Positions 8,857 to 16,915 of a stretch of 60,735 nucleotides of DNA are shown piece after piece. Numbering within the stretch: position 1 is the first letter of the stretch; the number at the start of each line of letters is the position of its first letter. The notes under the pieces were generated by a model that did no database searches, was not told the origin of the DNA, and worked only from the letters and a program-made list of their open reading frames with translations. Source of the stretch: Rhodothermales bacterium (lineage in GTDB: Bacteria > Bacteroidota > Rhodothermia > Rhodothermales > JABDKH01); the NCBI GenBank assembly GCA_041609895.1, contig JBFIPX010000002.1, positions 1 to 60,735 on the forward strand, in the 5' to 3' direction. The position numbers were made by a program, and so were the translations under genes.

Positions 8857-10302
8857 CTACTTAACCAAGGTCAGTAGCTGGGTCTGAATCCGATCCGGCG
8901 TCAGCATTCGGACCGCATAGATACCGCTGGGCAGCTCGCGCGCCTCTATAAGCACCTTGTGGCTCCCCGCAGCCTTTCGCTCGTCGACGAACACGTCGAT
9001 GAGGCGGCCGAGCATGTCTCTCAACTCTATCCGTACATCATCGGACGTCGCCAGCTCGTACGTGATTGTCGTCGTCGGATTGAACGGATTCGGGTAGGCC
9101 GGCCGCAGCACGTGCGTCACGCGTACGGATCCGGGATCCTCCCGACCTACAGACAGACCAATCCAGTTGAAACTGATGCGAGCCGTGTTCACGAATATGC
9201 CGAACAAACCATCCCGCCGAACAGACTGAACCAGTAAGTTTCGCCCGTCGTATTCGTACGACTCCGCGCTGATCGGAGTCCACCCGTTGTGCTCCGGTAA
9301 CTGCAGATTAGAGCCACCAATTCTCCACGCCGAGCTGTTGTTGTACAGCACCCAATGGTACTCCAGCCGAAAATCGCCGACCCAGTCGCTCTGGTCCCAC
9401 GTGTCGAACTGGATCACTGCAGGCTCACCGGTCACGAAGTGGAACGACTCCGTACGTTGTCGCGACGTGTTGACCCACTCACCGCCCGTCCACTCTTGAC
9501 TGAAGAACGGGGGCAACATCTGCACGGCCAGGTATAGATCAGCAAACTCCCCGTAACGGGACTCGAGCGTCACGAGACGATTTTCAAGCGTAGAAATCGT
9601 GTGATCCGGAAAGACGATTCGTTCAGTGTTGACCCAACGGCCGCCGTCCCACGTTCGATGCTCCTGATAGACCGCCCCTTCCATCTCGTAGAAACTGAAC
9701 TGGTCGACGGGCCACCAATCACCGGCAGCCCATGTGTCCGTCTGGCCGCCAACGATCCGGAGACCGAAGTTCGGATCGGTCTGAACGTCGTAGACGGTCC
9801 TCGAGGCGTTTTGCCACGCGACTCCGTCCCACTCCCGCTCAATTTCCAGTGACACCACCTGCCGAGAGTTGGAGAAGTCGTACGAATACTCGTAATAGAA
9901 GTCGGCGAGGGGTGTCGGGGCCTTGGAAATCGGATCCCAGACATCGATGCGGCTGATCAGTCCGGCCTCGTTATATGAAGTACGGAAAGACGGACTCCCA
10001 CCGGAAGGCTCCCACTCATAGTCTTGCGTCGTACTACGACGAAAACCCGCGTACGTGTGTTCGGTCTTTGATGCTGACTCCCAGTCGGTGTTGTTCCACC
10101 TCTCCCGAACGACGCGGTCGACGGCGTACTGAAGATTGGCCGCCTTGCCGGGGGACACGCTTTCGAGCACACGAGCTGCCACCGACCGTTGCGCGTTGAG
10201 CTGGGCCTCAACTGAGGCGGCGGTCTGCGCCGACGACGAGGCGGCGGAAGGAACCAAGAGGACTACTCCGGCAAGAAAGTGCCGGAGAAACATCGTAAAC
10301 AT
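8857..10302 (-). CDS. T9SS C-terminal-domain secreted repeat protein
   Basis: Signal peptide MFTMFLRHFLAGVVLLVPSAASSSAQT. The C-terminus has a Por/T9SS sorting domain (AYPNPFNPTTTITYEL...SGIYAVRM...LLTLVK). Internal W-x-G/N-x-x-W-x-N repeats are present. Confidence 0.8.
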   Translation of the reverse strand: MFTMFLRHFLAGVVLLVPSAASSSAQTAASVEAQLNAQRSVAARVLESVSPGKAANLQYAVDRVVRERWNNTDWESASKTEHTYAGFRRSTTQDYEWEPSGGSPSFRTSYNEAGLISRIDVWDPISKAPTPLADFYYEYSYDFSNSRQVVSLEIEREWDGVAWQNASRTVYDVQTDPNFGLRIVGGQTDTWAAGDWWPVDQFSFYEMEGAVYQEHRTWDGGRWVNTERIVFPDHTISTLENRLVTLESRYGEFADLYLAVQMLPPFFSQEWTGGEWVNTSRQRTESFHFVTGEPAVIQFDTWDQSDWVGDFRLEYHWVLYNNSSAWRIGGSNLQLPEHNGWTPISAESYEYDGRNLLVQSVRRDGLFGIFVNTARISFNWIGLSVGREDPGSVRVTHVLRPAYPNPFNPTTTITYELATSDDVRIELRDMLGRLIDVFVDERKAAGSHKVLIEARELPSGIYAVRMLTPDRIQTQLLTLVK

Positions 10303-10508
10303 TGAAGTTCATAGCTCCAGGGCTTAAACATTACTTGGTAATGCTGGTCGAAGCCTGGGGCTCTGAAGGCAGTGCCAGCGTTTTCAAAACGCGGCATCTT
10401 ACTACCAATCTGCAAAAAGATCTCCGTCGACGACGTGCTCAAAAAAATTCACAATTGACCCCTCGTGTCGAGGTGACTTCGGACCCCTCGAAGCGGCCGG
10501 CAATTTGG

Positions 10509-10559
10509 AAGACGGAAAAGCTCCTCGCAACCCTGCGCCAGTCGATCGGACGGACGTAG
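10509..10559. repeat. Right copy of the direct repeat (orphan copy of the TPR gene 3' end)
   Basis: See the left copy. This copy forms the tail of the otherwise featureless ORF 10302-10559. Confidence 0.9.
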
Positions 10560-10704
10560 CTGGCACTTCTGATGATACTGACTCGGGATGTCACGAATAG
10601 ACTCCCTGCCAAATCGTCAACGCAAGTTGGCCGCTCTTTTGGTTGTAAGACTTGTCAGTTGGAAAACTCCACTCCGCCTATCTGACGAATCGTATTCGCC
10701 TGGG

Positions 10705-11565
10705 TTAGACGTCGCAGATCTCGATTGCCTCGGCGAGGGAGGTGACGGGGTCGCGCGTCGGGATGAACTCCTGAGCCACATAACCTGTGAAGCCGGTCTC
10801 AACGATCGCCTCCATGATGGCCCGGTAGTTTAACTCCTGCGAATCGTCGATCTCGTTGCGGCCCGGATTGCCGCCCGTATGGTAGTGCGCGATGTACGGA
10901 TGATAGGTGCGAATCGTCCTAATGATATCCCCCTCCATGATCTGCATGTGATAGATATCGTACAGGAGCTTGAAGTGATTCGAACCGATGCGGTCGCACA
11001 GCTCGACGCCCCAATCGGTACGGTCGCACTGATAATCAAGATGGGTCACGCGGCTGTTTAGAAGTTCCATGCAGAGCGTGATGCCCACCCGCTCTGCAGC
11101 TTCGACTACTGGCCGCAGGCCCTTCACGCAATTGTCGAGCCCACGCTTCTCGGAAATTCCGTTACGATTTCCCGAGAAGCAGATCACGTTTGGAAGCCCT
11201 GCCGCCGCAACTTCCTCGACGCGCTTAATATAGTCGGGAATCAGACGGTCGTGGTTCTCCTCGTGGTTGAAGCCGACCTCAATCGTCATCGGGCCGTTCG
11301 CCATCGCGCACGTGAGACCATGTGCTCGGACCGCCATCCACTCCTCCGGATCCAGCAGCTCAACGGATTGAATACCGAGCTTCGCAGACGCTTGAGCAAG
11401 CTGTGCGACAGTCATGTCGGGGTAGCACCACTTGCATACCGAGTGGTTGATCCGGTGATCGGACTTCCGGCGCGAATATACACGCGATTCGAGACCGGTC
11501 GTTGCGCGCGATGCCAGCGCGCCGGTTACGAGACCGGCCGACTTCATGAACTTTCTTCTATCCAT
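10705..11565 (-). CDS. Xylose-isomerase-like TIM-barrel protein (hydroxypyruvate isomerase / sugar-phosphate isomerase family) with a Tat signal
   Basis: The N-terminus MDRRKFMKSAGLVTGALASRA has twin-arginine character. The body resembles the sugar isomerase/epimerase TIM-barrel fold (VELLDPEEW, ICFSGNR, LCMELLN, HYHTGGNPGRNE). Confidence 0.78.
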   Translation of the reverse strand: MDRRKFMKSAGLVTGALASRATTGLESRVYSRRKSDHRINHSVCKWCYPDMTVAQLAQASAKLGIQSVELLDPEEWMAVRAHGLTCAMANGPMTIEVGFNHEENHDRLIPDYIKRVEEVAAAGLPNVICFSGNRNGISEKRGLDNCVKGLRPVVEAAERVGITLCMELLNSRVTHLDYQCDRTDWGVELCDRIGSNHFKLLYDIYHMQIMEGDIIRTIRTYHPYIAHYHTGGNPGRNEIDDSQELNYRAIMEAIVETGFTGYVAQEFIPTRDPVTSLAEAIEICDV

Positions 11566-11602
11566 GTCACGGTGCCTCTTACAATTCCATTACCAAACCA
11601 GG

Positions 11603-13234
11603 CTAGCCGTTGAAGTACAGCCAGACGGCGATGACACACACTATGAGCAGTGCCGTGAGGATGACGTCCTTTCTTCGCCATAACGGATCCGAGTCCGGAA
11701 CGACCACTGCTCCCTCCGGCGGGATAGGCGTTGCGTACGTAAGGCCCGCGAGCTTCTCGTCGCTGTCCGCGGGGCTCGTGAGGCTCACCAAAACCAGTAC
11801 AGCCGAGCAGATCACGAACAGGAAGATCGCAAAGTGCAGGAAGTTGATATCTGCATACCAGAATATCAGCCCTTCCAGTGAGCCCTTGTTCAACTCCAGG
11901 AGCAGGCGCGCAAGTCCGAGGACGAAACCGGTCGCAAGTGATGCTATGGCGCCTCGCGAATTGACGCGCTTCCAGAAGATGCCGAGCAGAAATACGGCGG
12001 CAATCGGCGGCGAGATGTATGCCTGGACACTTTGCAAGTAGACGTAAAGCTGATCTGAGATGTACTTCATAAAGGGAATCCACGCCAGACCCAGCACCAC
12101 CAGAATTCCCGTGGCGAACTTCCCGACAGTGACCAGCTGCGTTTCAGTCGCCGCCGGTCGCAACTTTCGGTAGACGTCCCACGTGATCAGCGTCGAACAG
12201 GAATTGAAAACCGCTGCCAGAGAACTCATGAGCGCCGCGAGAAAGCCGGCGACAACCAGACCCCGCAGTCCGACCGGCAGCAAAGTGCGTATCATCTCCG
12301 GAAGGGCATGGTCAGGACGACCTACGGTCAGGCTACCGTTCTTGACCAGCGCGAATGCTACGATACCCGGAAGCACGAAAATGAACAGCGGGAGGATCTT
12401 CAGGAAGCCGCCGAAGATCGTACCGCGCCGGGCATGATCGATACCGTTTGCCGACAGAACGCGCTGAACAATGAACTGGTCGGTACACCAATACCATACG
12501 CCAAGTATCGGCGCTCCGAACATGATGCCCGTCCACGGAAAATCGGGGTGACTCATCGGCAACCACATGTCGAAATACGCCGTGTCGACGGTCGCGCGCA
12601 TTACCTCCCATCCACCAAGCTGATTGAGACCGATGGCGGTAACGAGTATCGCGCCGCCAATCAGCATGAAGGTCTGAAGCAACTCGGTGTAGAGGACCGC
12701 GCGCAATCCACCAAAGACCGTGTAGAGCCCCGTCAACACGACGATCACGATCGCACCCGTCCAGAAGCCACCACCGAGCAACACTTCAAACACGATTCCG
12801 CCCGCGTAAAGCGTCACCGAAATCTTGGTGAGGACATAGCCTACGATTGAGATGATCGCCAGATACCATCGGGCACCCGACGAGTACCGTCGCTCCAGAA
12901 ACTCCGGCATCGTGAAGACGCCGCTTTTCAGATAGAACGGGACGAAGACCCATCCGAGGACGAGCAATATGAGCGAAGCCAGTACCTCGAATTGCCCAAC
13001 CGCTACGCCGCTCCCAAAACCCGTGCCCGCCAGCCCGACCAGGTGCTCGGAGCCGATGTTGGAGGCGAACAGCGCCGCGCCAACTACAAACCATCCGACG
13101 TTCCGTCCGGCGAGGAAGTACCCCGAAGAGGTCTCATGCGTCGACTTCTGTCGAGTAACCCAGAAGGCCACTCCAAGAATCACGACGAAGTAGAGGCCAA
13201 TCATGGCCCAATCCAGGAAGGCAAGAGATTCCAA
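11603..13234 (-). CDS. Sodium:solute symporter (SSS/SGLT family)
   Basis: 543-aa polytopic membrane protein with SSS N-terminal motifs (SGYFLAGRNVGWFVVGAALFASNIGSEHLVGLAGTG). Confidence 0.9.
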   Translation of the reverse strand: MESLAFLDWAMIGLYFVVILGVAFWVTRQKSTHETSSGYFLAGRNVGWFVVGAALFASNIGSEHLVGLAGTGFGSGVAVGQFEVLASLILLVLGWVFVPFYLKSGVFTMPEFLERRYSSGARWYLAIISIVGYVLTKISVTLYAGGIVFEVLLGGGFWTGAIVIVVLTGLYTVFGGLRAVLYTELLQTFMLIGGAILVTAIGLNQLGGWEVMRATVDTAYFDMWLPMSHPDFPWTGIMFGAPILGVWYWCTDQFIVQRVLSANGIDHARRGTIFGGFLKILPLFIFVLPGIVAFALVKNGSLTVGRPDHALPEMIRTLLPVGLRGLVVAGFLAALMSSLAAVFNSCSTLITWDVYRKLRPAATETQLVTVGKFATGILVVLGLAWIPFMKYISDQLYVYLQSVQAYISPPIAAVFLLGIFWKRVNSRGAIASLATGFVLGLARLLLELNKGSLEGLIFWYADINFLHFAIFLFVICSAVLVLVSLTSPADSDEKLAGLTYATPIPPEGAVVVPDSDPLWRRKDVILTALLIVCVIAVWLYFNG

Positions 13235-13408
13235 GAGGCTGCTCTCCGATGGCTTAGACGGCTCTCGCGGTGATCGTGAGTAAGGCTTCAGTTCCCACTA
13301 CTCCAACCGCGGTGCCAATTTGGGCAACCCATCAGCTAGATTCAAGCGAAGGGCCAGAAACGTGTGGCTTGACTCGCGGCCTTTCCTTTGGAGGATTATT
13401 GAGCAGGA

Positions 13409-14314
13409 TCAGAACCGTATCCAGCGCAGCCCAAAATTGTAGGTCTTGCCACCGCCGCGATTGCGCCCGATGGGAAATCCGGTTAGCAGCGTCTCTATTT
13501 CAAACCCCGCGACAACCTGAAACTTAACACCGATCCCTCCCTGGAAGTAGTACGCGCCCAGTGACGAGGGCGAGAAGTCGGCAAGCCCGTACACGGTCCA
13601 CCGCCCTGTCGGATAGAAATTTAGAATACCCTTCAGAGGAAAAATCCACTCGTGCGTGTCGCCAGCCGTGTTGTCCGGCCGGAAGAGGATTCCCCCTTCG
13701 AGGAAAAGCAGGTAGTTCTCGTCGATAGGATAATCATAGAACGCCTGAAGCCAGATCTGCGGATCGTCATACTCGAGAAATGGCCGACCACTCTCCCGCC
13801 CCTCCATGTCGGACGCGACGGGTATCAACAGCGTACCCTGCAGCGACAGCGTCGGCACACTTTGCAACGGCGCGAACTTCACTCGCGGTCCCAGCACCGT
13901 CAGCGCGGTTTGGCTCAGAGTATCATTCCCGAAGCCGAGTACGTCGAACGGCGAGGCATCCCAGACGTCGACATGAACGGACTTGAAATACAGATCGAAA
14001 CCGACGTTCAGTGATTTCCTCAAACCGTACTGCGCCTGCAAGATTGAAGTGAAGTAGCTGGATCGGGTGTCCAGCTTGACGCGCTCGCCATCCTCGTCAA
14101 ACACCGAGGTCTGGGTGTAGAGATTGTTGAAGAGTTTGACCTCGATCTGCCCTGGAGCGAGCATTGTCGAAGGTGTGAACCGCTGAATGGACTGCGCTTG
14201 TGCGGCCATACCCATCGCCATGGTGATAAGGGCCGACAAGACCGCGGAAGCGAGATTCGCCCTCCTTAAGCGGGCCGCGTCCGTGGCGAGCGAAGTCCTC
14301 GTACAAGTCGTCAT
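13409..14314 (-). CDS. Putative outer-membrane beta-barrel protein
   Basis: It has a signal-like N-terminus ending in AQAQS and alternating amphipathic strands. The C-terminus ends in an aromatic residue (FGLRWIRF), typical of OMP barrels. It lies upstream of the symporter on the same strand. Confidence 0.55.
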   Translation of the reverse strand: MTTCTRTSLATDAARLRRANLASAVLSALITMAMGMAAQAQSIQRFTPSTMLAPGQIEVKLFNNLYTQTSVFDEDGERVKLDTRSSYFTSILQAQYGLRKSLNVGFDLYFKSVHVDVWDASPFDVLGFGNDTLSQTALTVLGPRVKFAPLQSVPTLSLQGTLLIPVASDMEGRESGRPFLEYDDPQIWLQAFYDYPIDENYLLFLEGGILFRPDNTAGDTHEWIFPLKGILNFYPTGRWTVYGLADFSPSSLGAYYFQGGIGVKFQVVAGFEIETLLTGFPIGRNRGGGKTYNFGLRWIRF

Positions 14315-14536
14315 GGTTCAAGATCGAGTTAGTCTACCGGACCGAAGCCTGACACTATGATACACTCCGCCGGCGCAGAGTTACAGCCGCATACGTCCTC
14401 GAAGAGATGATACCTTCAGGGCTCTCGTATTCCACCGTCGCGCCGCTACCACCGGGACTACCTGCAAGGTCGCTGTTTGATCGTATTATTCTCAGCAGAT
14501 AACGGCTTGGACATGCCACCATCAAGAGACGCACAC

Positions 14537-15304
14537 ATGAGCGAACTCATACTCGGCCGGCCCGGCGAAAAAACGGCTCTCATCCAGTTCAACAGGCCCG
14601 CGAAGAAGAATGCCCTGACCGTCCAAATGTACACGGCTCTCTGCGATGCGCTGGATGCCGCAGAGCGTGATGACAGTATTCGCGTCCATCTACTTCTCGG
14701 AACGTACGATTGCTTTACGGCTGGTAATGACCTGACGGATTTCCTTCACAATCCTCCGCAAGACGAGGCGAGTCCGGTTCTGAGGTTTCTAAGGACTATC
14801 AGCTCGCTGCGGAAGCCGCTCGTGGCCGGCGTTACCGGTCCGGCCGTCGGCATTGGCACGACGCTCCTTCTTCATTGCGAAATCGTCGTGGCGGGAGAGC
14901 ACGCGTATTTTCAGATGCCGTTCACGCGACTCGGCCTGTGCCCGGAGGCTGGTTCAAGCCTATTGCTCCCACTGAGTGCCGGTCCCCGCCTTGCAGCAGA
15001 ACTCCTGCTGTACGGCAATCGGTTCGATGCCGAGAAAGCCAAACGCGCCGGACTCGTCAACGAGATCGTGCCGGACGCCAAGGTACATGAGATAGCGATG
15101 AGCCGTGCCGAGGAGCTCGCCGCGTTGCCACCCGGGAGCGTTCAGCTGACCAAACGACTGTTGAGGAGTTCGCTCGCCTCACAGACACAGGAAGTCATTG
15201 AAGCGGAGGGACGTCACTTCATAGAGCGTCTCCGTTCTGCCGAAGCGAAGGAAGCGCTGAACGCCTTCGTTGAAAAGCGGGCGCCCGATTTCAGTCGTTT
15301 CTAG
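14537..15304 (+). CDS. Enoyl-CoA hydratase/isomerase (crotonase family)
   Basis: The ORF is 14477-15304. I start it at MSELILGRPGEKTALIQFNRP (14537). Crotonase motifs are present: KKNALT, FTAGNDLTDF, KPLVAGVTGPAVGIGTTLLLHCE. Confidence 0.85.
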   Translation: MSELILGRPGEKTALIQFNRPAKKNALTVQMYTALCDALDAAERDDSIRVHLLLGTYDCFTAGNDLTDFLHNPPQDEASPVLRFLRTISSLRKPLVAGVTGPAVGIGTTLLLHCEIVVAGEHAYFQMPFTRLGLCPEAGSSLLLPLSAGPRLAAELLLYGNRFDAEKAKRAGLVNEIVPDAKVHEIAMSRAEELAALPPGSVQLTKRLLRSSLASQTQEVIEAEGRHFIERLRSAEAKEALNAFVEKRAPDFSRF

Positions 15305-15323
15305 CGACCTCTATCGAACTCTC

Positions 15324-15683
15324 CTACCCGTACCAGACGCCGTATCCCTTGCGACGCAGGCGCTCACCAAGGTGATGCTCGGTCAGTTCGGCTTCGTAGC
15401 GGTTGTCGATGGGATTGTAGCGCTCGAAAAAGGACGGCATCAATTGAACGCCGAATTGCTGAACAAACCGGTTGCTCCGATATCCGTTTAGATGCTGCTC
15501 AAACCGTTTCTCGGGAGAGATCGCAGTCGACCCCACATACAGGCAGGGTTTGCCGCGTTGATGGTTCGGATTGCGCGACGCAAACTTCCGGAGCATAGCA
15601 ACCTCCGGTTCGAGCGCAATGACGTAGACGTAGTACTGGCGTCGCATCGGTTTCACGGGTCGCAGTTCTATAATGAGACCCAC
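15324..15683 (-). CDS. Small GIY-YIG-like domain protein
   Basis: The sequence YYVYVIAL...LYVGSTAISPEKRFEQHLNG fits the GIY-(10-11)-YIG pattern with the downstream R/E/H residues. The real start may be the Met at 15647. Confidence 0.5.
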   Translation of the reverse strand: MGLIIELRPVKPMRRQYYVYVIALEPEVAMLRKFASRNPNHQRGKPCLYVGSTAISPEKRFEQHLNGYRSNRFVQQFGVQLMPSFFERYNPIDNRYEAELTEHHLGERLRRKGYGVWYG

Positions 15684-15870
15684 TTTGCAAGTGGCTGCAC
15701 CGTGAAGTTGTCGGCCAGTTAGTCAGATTCTTAATATTTACCGCCAATACCGAGAATCTGCGCGTTTGGGTGGATAGTGGCCCGAATGTTGATGTACCAG
15801 GCGTGCGCATCTACGCCGCTTGCAGTTCATCGCGGCCAAGCATTTCAGGCCGAACTCATAAACGAGAAAT

Positions 15871-16101
15871 ATGGATCCGAATCCGATCGACGAGCATATC
15901 GACGCCGTCGTTGACTATCTGCTTCGCGACCAAGACTACCTGCTTGCCAAGGAGCTGAAGCATCGCATCGACGAGCTAAACCAGTTGCTCGTGCAGGCAC
16001 ATGCCCAGAAGATGAAGGTCGACTTCACCGTGTCAGAGAATGCGGCTGAGTCCGGCGGGCGGATTGCACACGTAGACATCGCCGTTTATAAGCAGATTTA
16101 A
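15871..16101 (+). CDS. Hypothetical small protein (76 aa)
   Basis: Clean ATG start, GC3-rich codon usage like neighbouring genes, and a hairpin downstream. No family recognised. Confidence 0.4.
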   Translation: MDPNPIDEHIDAVVDYLLRDQDYLLAKELKHRIDELNQLLVQAHAQKMKVDFTVSENAAESGGRIAHVDIAVYKQI

Positions 16102-16169
16102 GGACCGACGACTCTCGCCAGAGTTTCCAAACTCAAATTCTTGGTTATCGCCGAACGCGTTGACCCGAG

Positions 16170-16206
16170 AGCCGCGTCATCATATGGTGGCGCGGCTTTC
16201 ACTTTA
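16170..16206 (+). terminator. Possible intrinsic terminator after the 76-aa ORF
   Basis: A 7-bp GC-rich stem (agccgcg 16170-16176 pairing with cgcggct 16191-16197) is followed by a T-rich stretch (ttcacttt). The 14-nt loop is long for a terminator. Confidence 0.3.
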
Positions 16207-16339
16207 GGTACTCGCCGCACTTCCGAACCCAAACGCATAGATCCAAGGGCGGCATCCACAGCGTCAGGCGGACGCTAGTTCAGAACCAACGAACGAGTCC
16301 ACTTGTGATCAGTCCAAAAACATTCTCGTTCCTCTGGAA

Positions 16340-16359
16340 CCTTATACCTAGGTATAAGG
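16340..16359. promoter_or_regulatory. 20-bp perfect palindrome, candidate metal-sensor operator
   Basis: ccttatacct/aggtataagg is perfectly self-complementary. It is flanked by the -35-like TGGAAC (16335-16340) and the -10-like TAAACT (16362-16367). It lies about 90 nt upstream of the HMA relic and the GDCCVxC gene. Confidence 0.4.
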
Positions 16360-16447
16360 CGTAAACTCTATTGGTTCGTGATTCGAATCGGTTCATAGGC
16401 AGAGCCGAACGAAGCGAAAAAGCGATCAAACTCACGCAGATTCATGA

Positions 16448-16630
16448 CCTATAGACGCAAGTTCGAGATCTTCAGCGGTCGTAGCTACGTATGCACCCCC
16501 TCAGGCCGTCATCAGTTAGGACCCCCAGCACATAGCGACTGAGGAGATTGTGGCTGCAATCGCGGAAGTCGGCTATCGCGCGGACTCAAGAAAGGATCTT
16601 GACGTATCACAGGACTCCGTAAACCCATGA
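16448..16630 (+). pseudogene. Decayed heavy-metal-associated (HMA, CopZ/MerP-like) domain gene
   Basis: The frame reads ...AVIS*DPQHIATEEIVAAIAEVGYRADS..., which matches the C-terminal half of an HMA domain (x-V-x-Y-D-P...I..AI..AGY.A). There is an in-frame TAG at 16517-16519. No GMTCxxC motif is present. Its stop overlaps the ATG of the next gene (ATGA at 16627-16630). Confidence 0.35.
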
Positions 16631-16839
16631 CAAAGAATTCGACTGCGACGCTGAGTTCTACGATAACGTGTCCCAGATGTGGACACCGCTCCGAAGTCGC
16701 AATGCCGACGGACGCGTGCCAGTTCTACTGGCGCTGCCCGTCCTGCTCATCGATACTTCGTCCTGCAGCGGGCGACTGCTGCGTGTTTTGTTCTTACGGC
16801 GACGTGCGCTGCCCGCCAGTTCAAACGAATTCAGCCTGA
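16627..16839 (+). CDS. GDCCVxC-domain cysteine-rich protein
   Basis: 70-aa protein with CPRCG, CQFYWRCPSC and the signature GDCCVFCSYGDVRCPP. Confidence 0.8.
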   Translation: MTKNSTATLSSTITCPRCGHRSEVAMPTDACQFYWRCPSCSSILRPAAGDCCVFCSYGDVRCPPVQTNSA

Positions 16840-16915
16840 CGGTCTCAGCCCGACGGTCTTCGTACAGCAGCCTTTCTGAGCAGAATTGCGTAGGTGCCAC
16901 GACGAACGGCCTCGG

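Noticed and set aside
10302-10559. 85-aa + strand ORF ending in KTEKLLATLRQSIGRT.
   Set aside because: Only its last 16 codons look like protein, and those duplicate the TPR gene end. The rest has no start context or coding-like composition. I treat it as a repeat relic rather than a gene.
16444-16542. Short ATG-initiated frame (MTYRRKFEIFSGRSYVCTPSG...) as an intact N-terminus of the HMA gene.
   Set aside because: It is in a different frame from the HMA-like C-terminal half and lacks GMTCxxC. It also leaves too few residues for a complete ferredoxin-like fold. This is consistent with a deletion or frameshifted relic rather than a functional gene.
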